Positions 9,446 through 19,000 of a DNA stretch of 64,000 bases are shown piece after piece; positions within the stretch are counted from its first letter, which is position 1; each line of letters starts with the position of its first letter. A program made the position numbers and the translations under genes. The DNA comes from an uncultured Lactobacillales bacterium. GTDB taxonomy: Bacteria > Pseudomonadota > Alphaproteobacteria > CAAHEQ01 > UBA3637. The stretch is taken from positions 937 through 64,936 of the forward strand of contig CAZXTR010000002.1 of NCBI GenBank assembly GCA_964643615.1, given 5' to 3'. Under the pieces are notes generated by a model, which worked only from the letters and a program-made list of their open reading frames with translations, was not told the DNA's origin and ran no database searches.

Positions 9446-10112
9446 ACAATCTTTTACTGTCGATGAAAAAAAGAACACTTTAAAAAGTGTCGAAAGTCGC
9501 GTGAGTATGGGGCGCATTTCATCTTTGTTTTTTACGGGACTTGGATTTTTGTTAGTTAGTATTACATTTTTCCTTGTTTTAACTTTGTTTCAAGTGGGGC
9601 AACGATTGACTGTTTTGGCGCAACCTTTGCAAAAAGTATTGCAATCTTCTCAGTCGTTGGTTGTTAACGAAGATTTTAATAAAAACCTATCTTCTTTAAA
9701 ACTAGTTCATGAAACGTTGGTACGCAATTATGTTATTAAAAGGAATATGGTTATTCCAGATAAAATAGAGATGATGAAGCGATGGAGTGGTGGTGGTGAT
9801 ATCTTTTTGATGTCTTCTCCTAGCGTTTTTTATACGTTTGTCGGCAAAGATTTAAAAGGCAAAGTTTCTAGAGCTTTGAACAATGGAAGTGTCTTTGTCG
9901 ATATTCAAAAAGTTGAACAGATTATTCCTCGAACGCTGTCAGGTGTTGAGAATTGGTCAGTTGTTTTTAATTTGATTTATGCCAACGGTTTTGTTGCACG
10001 GCATACTGCTTCTTTAGTTTTGGTAAATACGCCTTCTCGTGTTCTTTTTCGGCCTCATTTTAATAACCCTGTTGGGGCTTTGGTAATAAAGTATGAAGAT
10101 TATCCCTCATAA
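9420..10112 (+). CDS. virB8: VirB8-like T4SS protein, divergent paralog 1
   Basis: Short cytoplasmic N-terminus, one TM helix, then a periplasmic NTF2-like domain ending NNPVGALVIKYEDY (compare the VirB8 NPLGF.V..Y motif). Confidence 0.6.
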   Translation: MFSMKAKFEQSFTVDEKKNTLKSVESRVSMGRISSLFFTGLGFLLVSITFFLVLTLFQVGQRLTVLAQPLQKVLQSSQSLVVNEDFNKNLSSLKLVHETLVRNYVIKRNMVIPDKIEMMKRWSGGGDIFLMSSPSVFYTFVGKDLKGKVSRALNNGSVFVDIQKVEQIIPRTLSGVENWSVVFNLIYANGFVARHTASLVLVNTPSRVLFRPHFNNPVGALVIKYEDYPS

Positions 10113-10201
10113 ATTTTAAAATTCTTGTGTTAAGTAAAAATTAATATTGTTTTTTTAAGATAAACTTGTTATGGTGAAAAGAACGCTAAAAAGAAAGGGG
10201 A

Positions 10202-10384
10202 TTGTCGATGAAAAAAATTCTTGTTTTAGGAACGGTTATTTTTACAACCTTACTTGTCTCTTGTGGTTCTTTGTATGAAAAAGAACCTGTGGGGATTGGT
10301 ACGGATTACTCTGAATTGAAAAAATCCCCATGTGCTTGTTTGGAAGTGAAATTATTACCCGGCTTGCCTGAATGGTTTTCATAA
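10202..10384 (+). CDS. virB7: VirB7-like small lipoprotein. The probable start is the ATG at 10208.
   Basis: Lipobox LLVSC with a Cys right after the signal. It is 58-60 aa and sits between the two virB8 paralogs, as in Rickettsiales rvh loci. Confidence 0.5.
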   Translation: MSMKKILVLGTVIFTTLLVSCGSLYEKEPVGIGTDYSELKKSPCACLEVKLLPGLPEWFS

Positions 10385-10399
10385 AAAAGAGGGATTGAT

Positions 10400-11134
10400 A
10401 TGTTCGCTCGTCGTGCAGATGTGTCGAGGACAAATGCGAGTGTTGAAGAAGATGCATCGTTTGTGTTTTCTGATCAGTTGGACGAGGAAAATTTAAGAGA
10501 GCGTAGGTATTTATGGACAGCTCGAGCTTTTGCTGTTGTGTCCGCCGTTAGTATAGTTGCAAATATTGTGTTGGTTTTTGCGTTGTCGTCGTTGGTTCCG
10601 TTGACACGAATACAGCCTTTTTTCTTAACATTTGAAGATAAAAATGACCAAATTGTACGTGTTTCTCCGACAAATGTTAGTGCAGAACACTTAACCGAAA
10701 TTACTGAATCTTTTGTTCGTCAATATGTTGTTTTGCGTAATGCAGTTGTTTTTGATATTGATGAAATGAGATCTCGTTGGGGTGATTTTGGTCCCATTCG
10801 TTGGATGTCTGAAACGGAGCTTTATAAAAAATTTCTGACTGAAGAATTTGCAAAAACATTTGCTCGCATAGAAAAAGAAGGGTTTACAAGACGCGTGGAT
10901 ATTTCTTCTGTTTATCGCCAAATAGATAATTCAGATGTGGAACGGTGGGTTGTAGAAATTGAGGAATTGGAAATGGCGTCAGGGGCAAGTGAGCCTCAAA
11001 AAAAGTATTATACAGTGACAATGGATGTTGCTTATGAACCAAGGGATGCAAAGTGGGCTTTTCGTCGTAAAAATCCGATGGGCTTTATAGTAAAAAATTA
11101 TGGCAAAGTAGAAAAGGGGATCCAAGAGCTTTGA
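10400..11134 (+). CDS. virB8: T4SS protein VirB8
   Basis: N-terminal cytoplasmic segment, one TM helix, and a periplasmic domain with the VRQYVVLRN...NPMGFIVKNY C-terminal signature of the VirB8 family. Confidence 0.85.
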   Translation: MFARRADVSRTNASVEEDASFVFSDQLDEENLRERRYLWTARAFAVVSAVSIVANIVLVFALSSLVPLTRIQPFFLTFEDKNDQIVRVSPTNVSAEHLTEITESFVRQYVVLRNAVVFDIDEMRSRWGDFGPIRWMSETELYKKFLTEEFAKTFARIEKEGFTRRVDISSVYRQIDNSDVERWVVEIEELEMASGASEPQKKYYTVTMDVAYEPRDAKWAFRRKNPMGFIVKNYGKVEKGIQEL

Positions 11135-11398
11135 CGTTCTTTAATGGTGTTGTTTTTTTGTTGAATGTGGGATGGAAGAAAGTTGAAGGTATTTACCGGT
11201 ACGTAGGATATAAAGATAGAAAATGTATTTGCATTATTATGTATTTTAGTGGGATTTGTTGCTAGAGTTATTATTGGATTGGGTGATTTGTAAGAAAATA
11301 TTAATTTTTAAAAATTATATTACTTTTTAGTAGACTTTTATAGAGGATTTGATTTATTTTGTAACTTAGGTGTTAACCATGATAGAAAGAGTACGCAG

Positions 11399-13033
11399 AT
11401 GTTAAAACATGAAATAAGAAAAAAAATTTTGATGATGACCGTAGCAACTCTAGTTGTTTTGAGCCCGTTTGTTGTCGTTGCACAACAGGTTCAGCCTGGG
11501 GATGTGGAGGCTGCTCAAATTAGTGATGCTATAGCACAAACAGCGGGGAGCTTTGATGCGATTAATCTCAGCTATTTAACATCTTTAGGAATGCAACAAA
11601 AAGCGTGGAATGACCCAATGCAACATTTGGGGGAAGGGCAATTAAAGCCTGGATATTCTCGTTATGTGTGGACGCCGGATGTGGTTTTGCCGGTTCGTTT
11701 GCGTGAAGGAATGATGACTCTTATCAATTTGCCTGCGTGGGAATTGATTGAAAAAGTGCATATCGGATCGCCAGAGTCTTTTGGCGGAGAAATTGCGGCG
11801 CCTAATTCATTGTTGTTGTATGCTGATCCGACTTATATAGGAGTTGACAGTAATTTGATTGTTTTTGGACGTTCTGGGAATCGGTATGTTTTTTATTTAA
11901 GGAGCGAGACTTACAATACGGATAGAATTACAAGTGCGGTTGTTGATGTATTGGTTGGTCCTAAATATACCCCTGAAAGTGTGGGCGGAAGCTTGAATTC
12001 AAATGATGGTGTTTCTGTGACAGCTTCAACTACAGGGAAGAAAGGAGGCGCTCCTGGTTGGAGCGGCGTTGGCAATAATAGTTTAACTCCAGGTGGAATG
12101 CAATCGCCAAATGTTGGTTTGAATACAGCGGGAAATGCTCCCCAAAATTGGTTAGGATCTGTTAACTCTAATCCAGAAAATTTACGCTTCGATATCGAAA
12201 TGTTTATCCCTAATCCTCAAGATATTGATATTGCTCCAGAGCGCGTATGGCGTGATGAGATTTTTACTTATATTGATTTTGGTGACAAAGCTTTGACCAT
12301 GACGCAACGTCCTGTGGTTAATTTGATCGTTCAAGGTGTGGAAGCTCCCGTTGGATCACGTGCGCGTGGCCCGAATAGTCGATTATTGGTTGTCGAAGGA
12401 ATTGGCGATATGGTTTTGCGTAACGGACAAAAGATTATTTGTTTGAAATTGAGACGTGATCCTGCCTTTGGGTTGGATAGAGCCGATTATTCTGCTTCTA
12501 ATGCAAGGACTTGGAATGCTGATCAACCATCTAATGTTTCTGAGCAAGACATAGGTGGCGTTTCCCAACAAATGAAAAGTCCGGGGATACCTTTGCCTGT
12601 GACAAATGGTGGCAATCAATATTCTGATCCGTATGCAACGGCACTAGATGCATATCAGAATAATTTATCTCCTTTGCCCAATGGGGTGCTTTCTTCTCAA
12701 TCAGCTACTTCTGGCATCGCGAATGTGATGAATGGTGTGACGGTTGGTGGCGGTTCGTTTGGCGTGCCGATGGCGGATAATATTGCTATCGAGTTAGGTC
12801 AAGCAAATACAATTGGTGAGTTGGAAAACAAGTGGGATTCTGTTCTGGGGAGAAATAAAGATTTATTACATGGTTACAGTCCTTATTTTTCTATTGATGC
12901 TATGGCCGAAGGTGGTGCTCCAGAATTGTTTCGTTTGCGTATAGGGCCTTTGGACACAGTGAAAACAGGGGATTCTTTATGTGAAAAGCTTAGTCGTCGT
13001 GGTTTCGTGTGTTCCGTGATTAGAACGCAATAG
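11399..13033 (+). CDS. virB9: T4SS protein VirB9 (CagX/TrbG family). It is extended by a low-complexity G/S/N-rich insert and a C-terminal SPOR-like domain.
   Basis: Signal peptide; N-domain (YVWTPDVVLPVRLREGMMTLINL...); C-terminal beta-domain (FTYIDFGDK...VVNLIVQGVE...ICLKLRRD). An extra C-terminal tail of about 170 aa ends LFRLRIGPLDTVKTGDSLCEKLSRRGFVCSVI (SPOR-like). Confidence 0.8.
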   Translation: MLKHEIRKKILMMTVATLVVLSPFVVVAQQVQPGDVEAAQISDAIAQTAGSFDAINLSYLTSLGMQQKAWNDPMQHLGEGQLKPGYSRYVWTPDVVLPVRLREGMMTLINLPAWELIEKVHIGSPESFGGEIAAPNSLLLYADPTYIGVDSNLIVFGRSGNRYVFYLRSETYNTDRITSAVVDVLVGPKYTPESVGGSLNSNDGVSVTASTTGKKGGAPGWSGVGNNSLTPGGMQSPNVGLNTAGNAPQNWLGSVNSNPENLRFDIEMFIPNPQDIDIAPERVWRDEIFTYIDFGDKALTMTQRPVVNLIVQGVEAPVGSRARGPNSRLLVVEGIGDMVLRNGQKIICLKLRRDPAFGLDRADYSASNARTWNADQPSNVSEQDIGGVSQQMKSPGIPLPVTNGGNQYSDPYATALDAYQNNLSPLPNGVLSSQSATSGIANVMNGVTVGGGSFGVPMADNIAIELGQANTIGELENKWDSVLGRNKDLLHGYSPYFSIDAMAEGGAPELFRLRIGPLDTVKTGDSLCEKLSRRGFVCSVIRTQ

Positions 13034-13057
13034 TTGTTATACTCAAATTTAAAATAA

Positions 13058-16000
13058 ATGTTGGGAAGAATGGAAGACAAAACATTAAACAACTCGTCTT
13101 TAAGTGAGCAATATGTAAAAAAGTCGAATCGGCTTTTGTTTGCTGGTGGAATTATTGGGACTGTTATTTTTTTGGTCCTGGTGTTGTTTTCCGCAGTTTC
13201 TTCTCCTCCTGAAGAGACCCCACTTCCTCCAATAGAATCTGGAGAAATTGGTCTTGGGATGGTTAATTCTGAGGAATTAAGAGGTGATGCATTGTTGGTT
13301 GCAAGCCCCGATTCGTTGGATTTAGATCGGATTATTGTAGGGGGATCTTCTGAATCTATTGTGACTTTGACGGCAAAAGGGAATGCAGTTCGTATTCATT
13401 CTATATCGTTGGCTGAAATCCAACAAGATGGTTTTATTATTGAAAGTGATTGTCCTCTAAAAGATCAGGAAATGCGCGTAGATAGTTCGTGCAATATCAA
13501 AGTATTGTGGAGCCCTGTTTCTGTACGACGTTTGCAAAATAATTTAATTATTCAATGGTCGGCTTCTGACGAAGTAACCGCATCCAAATTCCAAAAATTG
13601 ATGATTACGTTGGTTGGGCAATCAACAGATTCTAAAGATTGTATCATTTGCGAAGATAGTGCGGCTTCTGCTTTGGCTGCCGAAAAGGGGACGTTAGATC
13701 CGGAAACGGGTATTTATTTGTCCGACACAGGGGAAGTGTTGGGCATTATTGAGCCAGAATTAGTTCCTATTAGTTTGCGTGGTGTTTCTATGGGAACAGT
13801 GAAAATTGCTACTCGGGAAGTTGTTGATTCTTCGGGGCAAGTGATTGGTCGGTTGTTAGCGGATAATACAATTGTTACGCCTGAATTAAAAGTTTTGGGT
13901 GCGGCGTTGCCTGTGACTTCTGTTTTGGACGAAAAAGGCATTGTTATTGGTGAATTGTTGAATGATGGAACCGTTATTAATGGTGTAAAAGATGTTATCG
14001 GTGTTCCTATGCCTGATGGGACGATTTTAAGTAATGGCAAAATTATCGGTTCTGTTATGCCGTGGTCCGTCGTTTTGAATTTATCGTCGAATGCTGTGGG
14101 TGTTACAAGAAAAGATGGGACGGTTATTAATCCTCAAAAACAAACAATTGGTCGGGTTTTACCTGGTGGGCTTGTTGTGGATGTTGAAGGAACTATTGTC
14201 GGAGGAGTTGTCCCAAAAGGATTGGCGATTGGTGCGGGACGTAAATTGTTGGGTACTGTTTTACAAAGTGGTAAGGTTTTTAATGCAGGACAACAAGTTG
14301 CGACTGTGACAATGGATGGAATCGTTTTGGATATGTCTAATGTTCCCATTGGTAATGTTGTTCGTGAAGGTTTGGTAATTGATCCTAAGGGGACTGTTGT
14401 TGCTTTTATTAATTCTGCGGGAAGAGCAATTGATAGAGAGGGAAAATCATTGGGGGCTTTAAATCCAGATGGTAGTGTGGGTGCTGGAAAAAATATGATA
14501 GGGGCTTTATTGCCTCAGGGTCGTGTGATTGGCTATGATTTAAAAATTCAAGGATTGGGTTTGTCCGATGGTTCTGTTGTTCGATTGAATGGCGATTTGA
14601 TAGGAAAACTTCTTTCAACGGGTTATTCTGTTGACTTGGATAATAAAGTATTGGGCGCGGTTGTTCCTAAAGGAACCGCGATTGCTGAAGGTTGTGTGTT
14701 GTTAGGCATTATTAATTTGGATGGTCAAGTGTTGGGAGAAACATCTGAATTGGTGGGAACTGTTAACCCAGATAAAAAAATAATTGGTTCAAAGGGTGAT
14801 ATCATAGGAAGCGTTACACCTATCGGAGCTGTGGTTAACCCTGCAGGTGTGTTTGTCGGATTTGTTCGTATGGATGGTAAAGTTGTTGATAAATCAGGGC
14901 AAGTGATAGGATGTGTTAATCCCGCTGGAACTGTTGTAGATGAACATGGCGTCATGATAGGTCAAGTTGTGAAGGTTGGTACTGTTTTGGATGCAAATGG
15001 TAATCCGACGTCGATGACTGTAGTAGGAACGGATGTATTTGATGAAACTGTACGACGTATTGGGGCTTTAATTAACAATCAAGTTGTTAACGATGCTGGA
15101 AAGATTTTTGGTTTTGTGGCTCCTGACGGCGTTGTAATGTCTCCGAAAGGAACATTTTTAGGTCGTTTTTCAAATTCTGTTGGCTATGCTCTTAGCCCTG
15201 AAGGCGTACGCTTTGGGCGTGTTTTACCCGATTTGACAGTTGTTGGTATAGAGAAAAATGATATTCTCGGCGCTTTGATTGCCGATGGCAGCCAATTATT
15301 GAATATTAAAAATGAACGTATAGGATTTGTCCGTGCAGATGGTGTGCCTGTGACGTCGGATCAAGCGCCTCTTGGTGTTATTCGTGCGGATGGTAGTGTT
15401 GTTAGTGCCGAAGGATTGATTCTTGGTGGTTTGATGCCAAAAGGATTGGTTGTGGATTGGAATGGTTCGGTGATTGGATCCGTTGGGGATATGGCGAAAG
15501 TAGTGTCTGCTTCTGGGGATGAAGTTGGCGTTGTTAATTTAAATGGAACAGTTGTTCGTCAAGGAGCTATTGTTGGAATGGTTTTCCCTGAACCTTCTAT
15601 TCCTTTGGGGGCCGACGGCTCTGTGTTGGGCTTTTTGACAATTAATGGTTCGGTAAATAAAGATGGCAAGCCTATTGGTCACATAACTGCGGGCGGAAAT
15701 ATTTTTGATAATCGAGGAAAAATTATAGGTTCTTTGGTTCGTTTGGGCGCTGTTGTTGGTTCTGGCTTGGAAGTAAATGGCTATTTAGAATTTGATGGTT
15801 CGTTGAAAAGTCAAGCTAATACGGTGATTGGCCATATGATGCCTAATGGTTATGTTGTCGATGATAACGGAGCTGAAGTTGGTCATTTGATTGCACGTCA
15901 AACAGTTGTTGATTTAACGGGGGGCTTTATCGGTATTGCGTCCGTTGATGGCCGTGTTTTTGGGAAAGATGGTGAATTTATTGGAGCTTTCCCTTATGGT

Positions 16001-19000
16001 GATTCATTATGGAATTCTAAAGATATTTTAATAGGTCGTATTTTAAAGGCTGGCGTTGCTGTTGACCCATCTGGACAATTGTTAGGGTGGGCACGTTATG
16101 ATGGGACAGTTGTTAATATCTCAGGTCAAGTGCTTGGGATTGTTCAATCAGATGGTCGTGTTATCGGGGCTAAAAAAACAGTTATTGGTGCGTATATACC
16201 TTTCGGAACGTTGGCGTTTGATGAAAAAGGAATTACAATAGGGGCTGTGGACTTTAATGGTGTTGTGAAAGATGGTAAAAATTCTTCATTAGGAACTGTT
16301 ATCGATTCACTTGTTATCAACAAGCAATCAGGAGTTGTCGGTTCAATATTGCCTGAAGGTTTCGCAACAAATGAACAGGGTAAGGTTTTTGGGACTGTTG
16401 CTCCAAATGCGACGGTTGTTCCGGGCATTGAAATAGAGAGTTTAAATGGCTATTTAAATCCGAATTTGCGTATGATTAATCAAGACAAAAAGGTTATTGG
16501 AGGCAGTGTTCCTTTTGGGGTTGCTCTGGGATTGGATTTGTCTATTGTGGGAAATGTGACGCCAGATGCGCGTGTTATTTTTAATCGTTCTCCAGTTGCA
16601 GTTGCTTTGCCAGATATGACTATGTATGATTCTGTTGGTAAAATGTGGGGAGGTATTATTCCATTAAACGTTGTTATAGGACGTGATGGACATGTGGTTG
16701 GGCGAACATCGGTTTCGAATGCCGTTTTGGATTTTGACGCAAAGAAATTAGGATCGTTGATGCCATTTGGTACCGTGTTTGGTGCAAATAACAAATTGCT
16801 TGGAATTGGAATGATGAATGGTGTAGCGGTTAATGACGATGCTAAGCCTTTGGGGTTTGTTGGTGTTGATGGTGCGGTTGTTGATAGTAGTGGTGTGGTT
16901 GTTGGTCGTGTGATGCAGGATGGCACGATTATTGAAACACTGAACCGAGATGTTTACGGTGTTATGCCGGATGTTGGAGATGTCGTCGCTTCTGGGGTTG
17001 CTATAAACTTGAAGTCAGAATTGTTGGGGCGTTCAATGCCGTCGGGACATGTACTTGATGCGAAAGATGATATTGTTGCATGGGTTTTGGATGATGCTAC
17101 TTTGTTTGGAACGAATGGAGATTTGGCAGGCGCTTTAGTCCCTTATAGAACAGCGATTGATTATCAAGCCAATGTTTTGGGAAATACGACTGGTAACGGT
17201 GAACTTGTAAGTGTTCAAGGGGCTGTTATTGGGACTTTGGCCACGAATGGTGCCGTTAAAGGAAGTCACGTGTTAAAAACTTTAGGTGCTATCGTTCCAA
17301 AAGAGCTGGTTTCTCACGAATGTAAAATCGTTGGGCAACCACGTTTAGATGGTCGTATCATTGATGCAAAAGGAGTTGTTGTTGGTGTGTTGAATTTAGA
17401 TGGCTCTGCCCAAAATTTAAAAGGAGAACCTTTGGGTGGTGTTGTCGTTAAAGGGTCTGTGATTGCTCAAGATGGAACATTGTTAGGTCGCACTTTACCA
17501 GATGCAGATGTGGTCGATTTATCAGGGGCGTCTATCGGTTGTTCTTTGTCCGATGGATCTGTGATTGACAAAAATGGTAACGTTATTGGTAAAGTTCTAA
17601 AACGGGGACTTGTTCTCGATAAAGACGGAAATGTTGTTGGTCGTGTAAAGCGCAATGGAAGCGTTGTTGATGCTTCTGGAAATGTTGTTGGTCGTGTTTT
17701 GGGCAATGGTGATGTTGTGAATACTTCTGGCAATGTCATCGGCCGTGTTGTTGATGTGAAAAAAGATCAATTACTTTATGGTGATGATGGTAAAATTTTG
17801 GGTTCTATGGACAAGGTGGGGCGTGTTTTCGATAATAAAGGAAGGCATTTGTTTGCGGTTGCTCCAGATGGCAAATTATATGATCCTGCGGGTAATTTAA
17901 TAGGTTCTGTTGATGATGAAGGAAATATCCGTAATTTGGCCGGAGAGATTGTTGGCAAAGTTGGGAAAAATTCTGTTTCTGAATCGCCTAAGTATTTATA
18001 CGGTGATAATGGACGTATTATTGGACGAGTTAAAGGGAATAAAATTTATGATTTGAACGGTAAAGAGATGGGGGCTGTTTTGCCCGATGGTACGGTAATG
18101 TTGCATGGCAAAAAGTTGGGAAAATTAGATGCAAATGGTAACATTATCAAAGATGCAGAGAAGGGAAAAGGTGTCGGCAGTATTCGAGATGGTAAGTTGT
18201 ATGATGAAAATGGCAATGTAGTAAGCTATATTCGAGGGAACAAGATTTACGATTCTGATGGTAATTTGATTGGCGAAATCTTACCCGATGGCACGGTGAT
18301 GTTGCATGGTGAAAAATTGGGTAAATTGGATGCAAATGGTAATATTATTGCTGACGGTACGGGGGGATTTATCTCTGGGAAAATAGAAGATATTTTAGGT
18401 AAATCTGAAATTGCAACGGAAGGTGCGCGTCAAATTGATATGGGAGGGCGCTCCCTCTTGATTTTGCCAGATAAAACGATTATTGATCCCTTGACAAACT
18501 CTATTGTTGGATATTTGGGAGCTGATAGTATACCGTATTCGACAAGTGGGAATCGGTTGTCGGATGATATGGATGGTTCTAAACCATTTATGCAAGAAGC
18601 GGTTAAGTTTACCCCTGAACAAGCACAACAAATGCAACAGATGTTGGCAAATCGCCGTCAACAGATGAAATCAAAAATATCTTCGAACAACGAATCTGGG
18701 GAGAGCCAATTATCAAAGTTGATTCCTGATGCACGTATTTTGGCGCGGTCCAATCCAAAAATTGCTAAGGATTTTGGGTCGAAGACAGTTTCTTCATGGC
18801 CTGTTCCAATGGATAGGATGATTTTAAAAGACAAGTCTATTCCTGCGGTTTTGTCGCGGTCAATTGACTCGCGTTATATGAGCGTTCCTGCTTCGGCGGT
18901 TGTTGAACGTCATGTTTATGCCGAAGATGGTCGGAATATTTTGATTCCTGCGGGCAGTAAATTAATTGGTAAGGTGAGTGGTAGTCCTGGCAAAAATCGT

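Noticed and set aside
13714-17958. A series of minus-strand ORFs (13714-14040, 14134-14349, 14725-14955, 16144-16428, 16480-16926, 17467-17739 and 17776-17958) encoding Pro/Thr-rich peptides
   Set aside because: They are antisense shadows of the Gly/Val-codon-rich virB10 repeat region. They have low complexity and no starts with RBS. The plus-strand VirB10 reading frame is continuous and has clear homology.
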